A stretch of 64,000 nucleotides of DNA from Macrostomum lignano. Lineage: Eukaryota. Position numbers and translations under genes: made by a program. Each line of letters opens with the position of its first letter. Within the stretch, counting starts at the first letter, position 1. A model generated the notes under the pieces. It made no database searches. It was not told the DNA's origin and saw nothing but the letters and a program-made list of their open reading frames with translations. Positions 26,106 through 37,876 of the stretch are shown here, in pieces. Where the stretch lies: assembly GCA_002269645.1 (NCBI GenBank), contig NIVC01000232.1:319684-383683 (forward strand). The letters are read 5' to 3'.

Positions 26106-29100
26106 ATGGATATTGCTGGATTGTCTGTCCCATATAATTATACCATTGGCAGTCTGCTCCATGTTATTCCAGGTGAGCTTTGGCCTCTGGAGGTTTCAGA
26201 TTTTTATCATATGTGGCCTCAATCAGCGCTTAATCAGGATGTCTTCATATCTCTCCCTCATCCCCATTTTCATATTTCCATCTCCCTCTTTCCGATCCTC
26301 CCTCTCCCCCATCTCCCTCTCCCAGATCTACCTCTCCCCATCTCCCCATCCTTCCTCTCCCCATCTCCCACTCCCCATCTCTTTCTCCTCATCCTACGTA
26401 TCTCTCCCCATCCTCATTATCCCAAATCTCCCTCTCCCCAGTCTCCCTCTTCCTATCTCACTCCCCATTTCTCTCTCTCCAGATCTCCCTCTTCACCATC
26501 CCTCTCCCCATCTCACTCCCCATTTCTCTCTCTAGATCCCTTCTACACGATTTCCCTTAACCCCATCTCCCTCTTCCCTATCTTCCTCGACCCATCTCCC
26601 TCTCCTTTTATATTCCTCTTCTCATTTCACTCCCAATCTCTCCCTCCCATCTCCCTCTCCCTTTCTCCGTCTCCGCCATTTCCATCTCCCCCCCCCCAAT
26701 CTCTCATACTATATGGTGTACTAAACCCAGCTGTAAATCGCAAAGCGTCAATCTAATCTCGCAGAGGTGACTTATCCCGGCTTAGTGCTGCTCATTTTGG
26801 GCACTGTGGTTGGCAGTTTTGGAAACGTTTTAATAATTCTAACCATTCTGCTAAAGAAGGTGAGCATGCATATGCATTACTCGTAGATGTAATTTATTGG
26901 GCGTTACAATTTTCAAAAGTCATTTTAATTACTTCATGCATACCTTTTATAAATTTTCAGTCTCTAAGACAGATTGGCAACTATTTTATAGTTAATTTGG
27001 CCATTGCTGACCTGTGCATCACGTTGCTGGTTGATCCTATGGGCATTGTCAGTGAGTAATTTGTCTGCCTACTTTACCTGATTAGAAGTATATAACAACC
27101 TTTAACAACCTATATCAACCTACCTACATACCTACCTACTTCATGTACAGATTTTAAGAATAACAATACGAGAGAGCCATGAGCTAAAAAAACTGAATAG
27201 ATTTATCCAGAAGCCTGTTCCCTAGCTACTATATTTGCTTTCTTTCTCACTTATGTTAATTATCAGCATGGAGTAGGGTATTCTTTGAACGATTTTTTTT
27301 CACCAAAAATCAATACAAAACCACTTAAAACGAGACTGCACGAAGGTTCGATCGTTACGGTGAAAGAAAAGTTTCAAATTTCTTATAGAATAGAATGTTC
27401 ACAAAAATTAAAGTGTTTGAAAAGTACGTTAATTATTTAAAATGGTACAACGAGAAATAGTCAAACATTAAAACACTCTAAGTTAGTATTTTAACAATAT
27501 AATTAAACGTTACCCGTATTTCAATACTTAGTGGTTTTTTTACAACAAATTAACAAATTATTTAGCTAATCATTTCCAAATACATTTAATACGTAATTTA
27601 ACATTTTGATCAAACAAACTATTTGAATTTTAGTATGATAATTTTCTCATATTTGATTGTTTATTCTTGGAAAGAATTGCGGAGTTAAATACTACCGCCA
27701 CCTCCGAGAAATTTATAATTAGTAAATGTATAAACTATAATAAGACTTGATTGAAAATTATGGTTACCTATATACTCTTCGCCAACACTGCCCTGTTAGA
27801 GTTATCAAATTTCACGGTTAATCTAAATTGACTTTAGTTTAAATCAGCTGCTGGCTCGAAAAAACAGGATGTTAAACTTGTTTGAGCGTAAAATCACAAG
27901 ATACGAGATACGTAGATATATGCATGAGAGATACGCGAGTACATACAAAGGTTTTCTCTAGAGTTGATCAAGCATTGGGGCGGGGGCTTATTTTGTAAAT
28001 ATAACTAGCTACCAGTGTACTTTTGCTAGTTTTCTATTTCACGTAGGCTGAAAAATTTTAAAATAAAAAGTGAATATTATAGATTGTGAATATCGCCAAC
28101 TGCATAAGAGAGATCTAAGAATCGAAAATATTAACAAAAAGAACTATTAGTGAAAATTTATAACAGAACGCATAATTATAGTTCTAGAAACATCCTGCGG
28201 TAAGTAACATAAATAAAGACATATTCAGAATTTATTAGCAAGTAAAAATCGTGCACGAACTCTTTCAAGAATGTTTTGGCTTCCGGAATGAATTTCTCGA
28301 CAATAACAACTATAAATATGAAGCGCCTTAATCAAAGGATTGCAGACCTTAATTGAAATTTATTTTATTAATCTACCTAAGAACCATGCCCACCTTCACG
28401 ACTCGTTATATTTAACACCTTTACAAGAAAAAAAACTCTGTGAGATTTTGATATGAGATTGGAGAGCGAGATCAGTGAGGCTGGGGAGGAGAATATATGG
28501 TAAGAATGCAGGGTGAGATTAGGAATGAGGTTAGGGTGATGGAGTTTAGGGTGAGATTAGGGTGAGATTAGGGTGCAGAGATTCGGATGGAGATCTCATC
28601 TCAATTTTATCTATTTAAATCATATTTCAGTCTCATCCCAATATAATATAAATCTCATCAAAAGCTTATCTCAATCTAACGTATCAAGGTTAAATAAAAA
28701 GTAGCAAACCTGGAAAATGAGTCAGTTACTTACGCTGAAAAACCTGCAGTTTCGCTAATTTACTCCGAATATAACGAGCAGCTCGTGTTCGCAGGTTATT
28801 TCTCAGCATTTTTCTCTATTGAGTACAGCCGCTGAAACAGAATTTACGATCCACAGAGCAGGAAGCGTATATAGCGTAAAAAGCTGTGCATTAGCTCCGC
28901 TGCAAAGCAAATAGAATTTTGTTAATGACGCTCTTATTCATTTTCTTTTAGTAAATTCCCGTCCCGTAACGTAGTACGCTCGTACCGCGTCGCGAGAGAA
29001 AAAGTAGCTGTTGCACTTTTTAAACGAAATGGCCTGATGATTCAGGTTCTTATAGCTGCTGCTGGGTGTAAATTACTATTTCGACTCGTAAAGTGGATGC

Positions 29101-31462
29101 TATAATAAAGGAGGAATATGGACAGGAAACTGACAAAATGAACACTGTGATAGAGGGTCATAAAGAGAGATTGGGTGAGTCAGGGTGACACTGAGAGAGC
29201 CAGGAAGAGTCAAATAGAGTCAGAAGTCAGGGAGAGTCAGTGAGAGTCAGAGAGAGTCAGGGAGAGTCAGGAAGAGTCAATGAGAGTCAGGAAGAGTCAA
29301 TGAGAGTCAGAGAGAGTCAGGATGAGTCAGAGAGAGAGTCAGGGAGAGTCGGGAGAGTCAGGGAGAGTCAGGAGAGTCAATGAGAGTCAGGGAGAGTCAG
29401 GGAGAGTCAGGGAGAGTCAGGATGAGTCAGGGAGAGTCAGGGAGAGTCAGGGAGAGTCAGGGAGAGTCAGGGAGAGTCAATGAGAGGCAGGGAGAGTCAG
29501 GATAAGTCAGGGAGAGTCAGGGAGAGTCAGGAAGAGTCAATGAGAGTCAGGGAGAGTCAGGATGAGTCAGAGAGAGAGTCAGGGAGAGTCGGGAGAGTCA
29601 GGGAGAGTCAGGAGAGTCAATGAGAGTCAGGGAGAGTCAGGAAGAGTCAGGGAGAGTCAGGGAGAGTCAGGGAGATTTAGGATGAGTCAGAGAGAGTCAG
29701 GGAGAGTCAGGGAGAGTCAGGGAGAGTCAGGGAGAGTCAATGAGAGGCAGGATGAGTCAGGATAAGTCAGGGAGAGTCAGGGAGAGTCAGGGAGGGTCAG
29801 GAGAGTCAGAGAGAGTCAGGGAGAGTCAGGGGAGAGTCAGGAGAGTCAGGGAGAGTCAGGGAGAGTCAGGGAGAGTCAGAGAGAGTCAGGGAAAGTCAGA
29901 GAGAGTCAGGGAGAGTCAGGGGAGAGTCAGGGAGAGTCAGGGAGAGTTAGGGAGAGTCAGAGAGAGTCAGGGAGAGTCAGGAGAGTCAATGAGAGTCAGG
30001 AGAGTCAATGAGAGTCAGGGAGAGTCAGGGTGAGTCAGGGAGAGTCAGGGAGAGTCAGGGAGAGTCAGGGAGAGTCAGAGAGAGTCAGGGAGAGTCAGGG
30101 AGAGTCAGGGAGAGTCAGGAGAGTCAATGAGAGTCAGGGAGAGTCAGGGTGAGTCAGGGAGAGTCAGGGAGAGTCAGGGAGAGTCAGGGAGAGTCAATGA
30201 GAGGCAGAGAGAGTCATGATAAGTCAGGGAGAGTCAGGATAAGTCAGGGAGAGTCAGGGAGAGTTAGGATAAGTCAGGGAGAGTCAGGATAGGTCAGGGA
30301 GAGCTAGGGAGAGTCAGGGAGAGTCAGGAGAGTCAGAGAGAGTCAGGGAGAGTCAGGGAGAGTCAGGGAGAGGCAGGGAGAGTCAGGATATGTCAGGGAG
30401 AGTCTGGGAGAGTCAGGGAGAATCAGGATGAGTCAGGGAGAGTCAGGATGAGTCAAGGAGAGTCAAGGAGCGTCAATGAGAGTCATATAGGAGTCAGGGA
30501 GAGTCAGGGAGAGCCACAGAAAGCAAACCAGAGAGTCACCCTGCCCCGCAGGCATACTCAAAGGTGAGATCTACTTCATGGAGCGCCGCGGTCTGTGCCT
30601 ATTTGTGGCATCCATCTGCCTGGTTTCGTGCTACTGCTCACTGTTGAGCATAGCAGCCATTGCAATCAACAGGTACATTCACATCTGCCGCAGCTCAGCT
30701 TATCCATCAATATTTACTCGCAGATGGACAATAATCATGTGCTGCTCGCTATGGATTGTCAGCTTCCTGATGGAGATGCCGAACTTCCTAGGCTGGGGAG
30801 ATCACGGATACGCCCTAAAGAATTTGGCCTGTCTATGGGACCGCCTGGCCTCGAGATCCTACTCTGCTTTCTTTGCCTTAGTCGGAGTGGTTCTGCCCAG
30901 CCTAGTGATCGCTGTCTGCTATCTGAAGATCTACCTTCATTTTCGAGATTCTAGGAGACGCGTGGAGAAGTTTGTTAAACCCAGCAGTGCGCTGAAGCAT
31001 CAACAAACTGTGACGGCGTTCCGTCTGGCCAAGACCCTCTTCATAGTGTTCGCTGTGCTCATTATACTCTGGGCTCCGTTCACCATAGCAGTGGTGGCCG
31101 ATCACGAGGACAAATGGCCTATTCACATTCACGCTTACTCGATGCTGCTGGCTCATTCGAATTCTACAGTGAATTTCATAGTCTATGGCCTGTCTAACAG
31201 AGAGTTTAGCAGCGGTTATGCGTCTGTGCTGAAGCGGATATGGAACAGGATGTGCAGGCCTTGGTGGTGCTGCTGTTTGGCTGATGAAAAAGCTTGGAAG
31301 TTTACTAGCAACTGGCACACTGATGGAGCTGCTGCTGCTGCTGCTGCGGAGGCTGCAGAGGCTGACAATGATCTTGAGCATGAGGACGACATACAGCCTG
31401 CACCTCTGCGGAAGATTCTGCATTCTAATGAGCCTTTTAATTATGAAGAAGAGTACTTATAG
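26106..31462 (+). CDS. Class A GPCR, melatonin-receptor/Moody-like (NRY type), 387 aa; exons 26106-26172, 26765-26859, 26961-27051, 30552-31462
   Basis: N-terminal NYT glycosylation site; TM1 GNVLII; TM2 NLAIADL; TM3 AINRY; TM4 Trp; TM6 LWAPF; TM7 NSTVNFIVYG. Junctions are phase-consistent, totalling 1164 nt. The ligand cannot be inferred. Confidence 0.85.
26255..26705. repeat. C/T-rich low-complexity tract in GPCR intron 1
   Basis: Recurrent TCTCCCCA motifs. Confidence 0.75.
29165..30525. repeat. 10-bp minisatellite GGGAGAGTCA in GPCR intron 3
   Basis: Seen directly; ends ~25 nt before the acceptor at 30551. Confidence 0.95.
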
Positions 31463-31621
31463 AAAAATATGGACTGATTTTTATATGTAACCTGTGATAA
31501 TGTATGCAATATTTAAACATAGACCCATCTCAATAAAGATATTATGGCAGTTTTAGCTTATTATCTTAGCAGAAACTTGAAGTACCTCCGATTAATGTCA
31601 ATACTTGATCTAAAGATTTTT

Positions 31622-32702
31622 ATAGTTGATCTACAGACTGGTATAGTTGATCTACAGACTGGCATAGTTGATCTACAGATTGTTATAGTTGATCTACAGA
31701 TTGGCATAGTTGATCTACAGATTGGTATAGTTGATCTACAGACTGGTATAGTTGATCTACAGACTGGTATAGTTGATCTACAGACTGGTATAGTTAATCT
31801 ACAGATTGTTATAGTTGATCTACAGATTGTTATAGTTGATCTACAGATTGTTATAGTTGATCTACAGATTGTTATAGTTGATCTACAGATTGTTATAGTT
31901 GATCTACAGACTGGTATAGTTGATCTACAGATTGTTATAGTTGATCTACAGATTGTTATAGTTGATCTACAGATTGTTATAGTTGATCTACAGACTGTTA
32001 TAGTTGATCTACAGATTGTTATAGTTGATCTACAGATTGACATAGTTGATCTACAGATTGTTATAGTTGATCTACAGACTGTTATAGTTGATCTACAGAT
32101 TGTTATAGTTGATCTACAGATTGGCATAGTTGATCTACAGATTGTTATAGTTGATCTACAGACTGGTATAGTTGATCTACAGACTGGTATAGTTGATCTA
32201 CAGACTGGTATAGTTGATCTACAGACTGGTATAGTTGATCTACAGACTGGTATAGTTGATCTAAAGATTGGCATAGTTAATCTACAGACTGGCAAAATTG
32301 ATCTACAGACTGGCAAAATTGATCTACAGACTGGCAAAATTGATCTACAGACTGGTATAGTTGATCTACAGACTGGTATAGTTGATCTAAAGATTGGCAT
32401 CGTTGATCTACAGATTTGCATAGTTAATCTACAGACTGGTATAGTTGATCTACAGACTGGTATAGTTGATCTACAGACTGGCATAGTTAATCTACAGACT
32501 GGTATAGTTGATCTACAGACTGGTATAGTTGATCTACAGACAGGCATACTTGATCTACAGACAGGCATACTTGATCTACAGACAGGCATACTTGATCTAC
32601 GGACTGGCATACTTGATCTACAGACTGGCATACTTGATCTACAGACTGGCATACTTGATCTACAGACTGGCATACTTGATCTATCGACTGTTATAGTTGA
32701 TC
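31622..32702. repeat. 21-bp minisatellite ATAGTTGATCTACAGACTGGT between the convergent GPCR and Rho genes
   Basis: Seen directly; yields stop-free repeat ORFs on both strands. Confidence 0.95.
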
Positions 32703-33214
32703 AAAATTTAACAAAAATAACAAGAAAATTTCAATCCACGGTCATGATTTTCCTTGCTACTCTACTAATCGTGTAACAGTCAGTAGAAAGTAAAGAAAAG
32801 GTTACTTTTTTTAAAAAAACTCATAAAGTTACATAAAAAAATTCACAATATTCGCAAGCACTGTTTATTTGTAGCAATCGTGAGCAGTATTAAGGGTAAT
32901 CTGTAATAACTAGATAACTATTTTGTATTATTACATTTACATCATCAATTAGAATCTAAATCATCTGAATCTGAATGAATCATACATTTGCTTTTTATTG
33001 ACTTTTAAATATTTTAGCTAAAAACCTTACAATCTAGGCAGATACAGTGTGTACAGAGCCTGTTATTAGTTAATGGCCAAATTTCTACTCAGTATAATTC
33101 CACATATTATTGTACATGTGCAGACACATTTCTGGCTACAGCAACAGCAAAGAATTAAACTTCAATAGCAGATCGATAATTTCATGATTAGTCGATGAAT
33201 AAAATTGATAAGGA

Positions 33215-33420
33215 GACTAGGGTGAGACTGGAGTGAGATCGTAAAGAAAGAACAGAAGAGATTATGGAGATTTATGGCAAAATTGGGGCGAGATTAGGGT
33301 GTGATTAGGGTGAGACTAGGGTGAGATTAGGGTGAGACTCGGGTGAGATTTGGGTGAGATTTGGGTGAACTGGCCGGTGGGATTAAGTTGAGATTAGGGT
33401 GAGATTAGCATGAGAGTGGA
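33215..33420. repeat. Degenerate 11-bp repeat GGTGAGATTAG; a related patch lies at ~28440-28590
   Basis: Seen directly. Confidence 0.75.
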
Positions 33421-33675
33421 TAGGAAAACTTCAGTGAGAATCTGAAAGCTTCACAGAACATGATTGCGAGACCTTACGAGCTACAGAGGTAAAGCGGGGT
33501 GAAAAATAAAACAGAATGACAAAAGATATATATAACAAAAACAAAAAAGAAATAAAGTAAGCGGAGCTAACAAAGGAGCTGACACAATGCTTGGAGGCGA
33601 GAGTCAAGAACAGGAGAGAAAGACAGCACCAGAGGAATCGCACGAAGCAGCACATGTTTTGTCTTCATCAGTTGT

Positions 33676-34344
33676 TTACGCCTTCTCAGTTTTCTTCATT
33701 CGCGACCTGCGCCCGAAACAGGCGCCAAGGCGACTAGAAATTTTCGACTTCTTCCTCCCAGCTTCATAAGCAACATCAGCTGCGGTCTCGAACACTTCGG
33801 TGACATTCTCCCGAGTTTTGGCGCTGCACAGGAAATGACTGGTAGCTCCAATATTGTCAGCCAGCTTCTCAACTTCATCTCGGGTGACGCAGTCGGCCGC
33901 CGAGCTCGCCAAGTCGTTCTTGCAACCGACAAGCAGCAGAGCCGCCCTGGGGCAGTAGTGCCGCACCTCCGGGTACCAGGTGTCGCGGACATTGTTGAAG
34001 CTGTCCCGGCTGTCCATGGCGAAGCAGATCAGGATGACGTGGGTGTCAGTGTAGGACAGCGGCCGGAGTCTGGCGTAGGCCTCCTGACCAGCGGTGTCCC
34101 ACAGGCTCAATGCAATCACCTTGCCCGGCCGAATCTCCATGTCAACTATGCTGGTCTCGAATATTGTCGGCACGTAGGCTTCGTAGAACTCGTCTCTGGT
34201 GAAGGCGAACAGCAGGGAGGTCTTGCCGCAGGTGCCGTCGCCCACGATCACCAGCTTCCTAGTTGGGTATTCGCCATCAGCGCTGGCGCCACCGCCAATT
34301 GACGAGGTGCTTCTTCGGCGAAAGAAATTTTTTCTGTTAACCAT
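33676..34344 (-). CDS. Rho-family small GTPase, atypical, 222 aa, single coding exon (ATG at 34344)
   Basis: KLVIVGDGTCGKT, YVPTIFE, LWDTAGQE, RLRPLSY, GCKND and CSAK motifs. A strong acceptor ctccctag| lies 20 nt upstream of the ATG. Confidence 0.9.
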   Translation of the reverse strand: MVNRKNFFRRRSTSSIGGGASADGEYPTRKLVIVGDGTCGKTSLLFAFTRDEFYEAYVPTIFETSIVDMEIRPGKVIALSLWDTAGQEAYARLRPLSYTDTHVILICFAMDSRDSFNNVRDTWYPEVRHYCPRAALLLVGCKNDLASSAADCVTRDEVEKLADNIGATSHFLCSAKTRENVTEVFETAADVAYEAGRKKSKISSRLGACFGRRSRMKKTEKA

Positions 34345-35004
34345 TGCTTTGGGTCTCAAGTTAGCTAGGGAGAGAGGGAGAGAGCGAGACAGAGAAAATA
34401 TTTCAATGCGTTATAACAAATCTTGAGCTTGGGGGGTCAGGCCAGCAATATATAATCAACTGAGTCTATTTTTAGAAACTGAAAGCAGAAACGGGTAGAC
34501 AGAGAGGTAGAGGTAGAAGACAAGCTAAGCTCTACAGGGTGGGCCGCGCAAGCAGGTCTGTGAAAGCAAACGAATATCTATACATAATTGGCTCGCAGTT
34601 GTAGAGGTAAAATGCGCTAGGAGGGAGGTAGAGGTTGGGGTCGGCGCTGGTCTCGAATGTGCAGATGTGTTTACGAAAGACGGTATAAGGCGTAAGCAAA
34701 TGTGAAAGACCATAAATGTACAGACGAGTAGAATTCTGTGTTTCTGTTTCGAGAGGCATTTAGAAAGTGTGCGTACTAGCGCTATGTCGTCAGTACCTAA
34801 AATTAGACATGCATTTTGTTATAAGCCCATAATTGCGAAGCGATAGATATTTGCTAGGTTTTTAAAGCTTTTCTAGTTAATAAATGGCAAGGGTTTCTTA
34901 TCTCTTTTTGTATGGCGTTTTTAGCTCATATGCTGAATTGCCTGAACACTTGCCTGCAGCTATGACCTGACACCTAAAGCATATACGGGTATATATTCAT
35001 AGAG

Positions 35005-36530
35005 CACTTGCTGGAAAGGAGAGGTTGGGAAGGGAGGCAGAGAGGAGAGAGAGAAAGGAGAGGTTGGGAAGGGAGGCAGAGAGGAGAGAGAGAAAGGAGA
35101 GGTTGGGAAGGGAGGCAGAGAGGAGAGAGAGAAAGGAGAGGTTGGGAAGGGAGGCAGAGAGGAGAGAGAGAAAGGAGAGGTTGGGAAGGGAGGCGAAGAG
35201 GAGAGGTTGGGGAAGGGAGGCAGAGAGGAGAGGGAGAAAGGAGAGGTTGGGAAGGGAGGCAGAGAGGAGAGGTTGGGAAGGGAGGCAGAGAGGAGAGGTT
35301 GGGAAGGGAGGCAGAGAGGAGAGGTTGGGAAGGGAGGCAGAGAGGAGAGGTTGGGAAGGGAGGCAGAGAGGAGAGGTTGGGAAGGGAGGCAGAGAGGAGA
35401 GGTTGGGAAGGGAGGCAGAGAGGAGAGGTTTGGAAGGGAGGCAGAGAGGAGAGGTTGGGAAGGGAGGCAGAGAGGAGAGGGAGAAAGGAGAGGTTGGGAA
35501 GGGAGGCAGAGAGGAGAGGGAGAAAGGAGAGGTTGGGAAGGGAGGCAGAGAGGAGAGGGAGAAAGGAGAGGTTGGGAAGGGAGGCAGAGAGGAGAGGTTG
35601 GGAAGGGAGGCAGAGAGGAGAGGGAGAAAGGGGAGGTTGGGAAGGGAGGCAGAGAGGAGAGGGAGAAAGGAGAGGTTGGGAAGGGAGGCAGAGAGGAGAG
35701 GGAGAAAGGAGAGGTTGGGAAGGGAGGCAGAGAGGAGAGGGAGAAAGGAGAGGTTGGGAAGGGAGGCAGAGAGGAGAGGTTGGGAAGGGAGGCAGAGAGG
35801 AGAGGGAGAAAGGGGAGGTTGGGAAGGGAGGCAGAGAGGAGAGGTTGGGAAGGGAGGCAGAGAGGAGAGGTTGGGAAGGGAGGCAGAGAGGAGAGGGAGA
35901 AAGGAGAGGTTGGGAAGGGAGGCAGAGAGGAGAGGTTGGGAAGGGAGGCAGAGAGGAGAGGGAGAAAGGAGAGGTTGGGAAGGGAGGCAGAGAGGAGAGG
36001 GAGAAAGGAGAGGTTGGGAAGGGAGGCAGAGAGGAGAGGGAGAAAGGAGAGGTTGGGAAGGGAGGCAGGGAGGAGAGGGAGAAAGGAGAGGTTGGGAAGG
36101 GAGGCAGAGAGGAGAGGGAGAAAGGAGAGGTTGGGAAGGGAGGCAGAGAGGAGAGGGAGAAAGGAGAGGTTGGGAAGGGAGGCAGAGAGGAGAGGGAGAA
36201 AGGAGAGGTTGAGAAGGGAGGCAGAGAGGAGAGGGAGAAAGGAGAGGTTGGGAAGGGAGGCAGAGAGGAGAGGGAGAAAGGAGAGGTTGGGAAGGGAGGC
36301 AGAGAGGAGAGGGAGAAAGGAGAGGTTGGGAAGGGAGGCAGAGAGGAGAGGGAGAAAGGAGAGGTTGGGAAGGGAGGCAGGGAGGAGAGGGAGAAAGGAG
36401 AGGTTGGGAAGGGAGGCAGAGAGGAGAGGGAGAAAGGAGAGGTTGGGAAGGGAGGCAGAGAGGAGAGGGAGAAAGGAGAGGTTGGGAAGGGAGGCAGAGA
36501 GGAGAGGGAGAAAGGAGAGAAAGAGAAGAG
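35005..36530. repeat. Purine-rich minisatellite with 24/36-bp units (GGAGAGGTTGGGAAGGGAGGCAGAGA +/- GGAGAGGGAGAAA)
   Basis: Seen directly; source of the R/E/G-rich ORFs. Confidence 0.95.
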
Positions 36531-37210
36531 AGGAAACCACAGGATCGAGGCTAAAAAGAGTTAAAAAGAGGAGATTAACACGATTAATTCATGGGAGTTC
36601 GGTATTGTATTTCTCTAAATTCTTAATTAAAAAAGGAGAAATGCATGTAGAAATGAGACAGAAGTTAATCAAGCCTAAAAATATTGCTATTCAGCTGCGA
36701 AAAATGTGTTACAACTATAACAATCAAGTTTTGTAGACGAACTTTATAAGCTTAGACGTGAATTAAAAAAGTTGTCAAGGTGTTTGTTAATTATAGGCGC
36801 TGTCAGATTGATCAGCGGAAATCAATTAAACCCAACTGAAAACAGAACAGAGATTGAGAGATTGTTTCCAAGTCTTTTTTCAATACAGTCGTGACATTGT
36901 TGTGCGGTTACATTAAACTTTTAGCGTTTCAGCTGCATAATAGGCAGAACAGCTGTAACTGCAGGAGACTGGAAATTAGAGAAGATCACAGCAGTGTATG
37001 TTGATGTAGAACTGCTTTAAACCAGATTCGCCCCTGATACAATTTCTGCATCATTGAAATTTTTGTAAACACAAATTTTATAACTGCGAACTATGAAGAT
37101 TTCACAAATTTATACAATTGAATTTGAAACCAGCCCCATGCAGATGTTGTTATACTTTCTGTTGTGTATTGCAAAGGCATGCGATGCGTAGGGGTAGTTC
37201 GGGGACAGCG

Positions 37211-37327
37211 TTTCTAGAAACTTCCACCACGGACTTGTTTACGCATAGTTCCAGAAGTTTCCTTCCCCGGTCTTTCTAGAACTTTCCTTCCCCGCGTGCA
37301 TAAATATACGAGCCGCCCTCCTATTGG
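37211..37327. promoter_or_regulatory. Heat-shock-type promoter: three perfect 3-unit HSEs plus TATA-like, GC and CCAAT boxes
   Basis: tTTCtaGAAacTTCc at 37211-37225, gTTCcaGAAgtTTCc at 37248-37262, tTTCtaGAActTTCc at 37273-37287. CATAAATA at 37298-37305; CCGCCC at ~37313; ATTGG at 37323-37327. Confidence 0.75.
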
Positions 37328-37876
37328 CCAAGCCCCTTCTTTTGGTGCCACTGAGCGCCCGGATAATTATCTATCTTGTTTCTGCGTTCGTTAATTCAAC
37401 AACAGAACACTTTCTTGTGCACTCAGTATTTTCTGTGAAAATTTGCTTGTATGTACGGATTGCTTGCGCAAATGCGCATAACAACAGCTTTATTTTAATG
37501 TATTTAAATCAGATTGATCACGCAATTTGGCCTGCATGTACGATTTATGGGCATGTATGACTAACAATTTTTATCTATGATATCCAAGTCTTCAGTTGAG
37601 AATGAGCAGAATATTTTGCCTACATCAGCTGGGTCGGCAGGCTCTCTGTACGGCTCTCGGGTCGACCTTTGGAACTTCAGATCAATGGCAATCCGGTTGC
37701 CATGCTCAAGGTTTGCGTCTCTTCTCAGCGTCCTCTGGCGCTTCTCTCCCCTCTTATCTCTCCTCTCCTCTTTTCTCTCTTCCCTCTCCTTTCATCTCTT
37801 ATCTTTCCTCTTCTTTCTTCCCTCTCGATTTATCTCTTATCTCTCCTCTCTTCCCTCTCCCTTTATTTCTTATCTC

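Noticed and set aside
25983-26756. 257-aa Pro/Ser-rich ORF
   Set aside because: Only 26106-26172 is exonic (GPCR exon 1); the rest is a C/T-rich intron.
31544-32776. 410-aa (IVDLQTG)n ORF with an ideal a=I/d=L coiled-coil heptad
   Set aside because: It is a 21-bp satellite open on both strands, its variants are mostly non-synonymous, and it has no unique flanking domain.
34960-36736. Four overlapping 395-526 aa R/E/G- or S/L/P-rich ORFs
   Set aside because: A purine-rich repeat cannot easily form stops, so several frames are open simultaneously.
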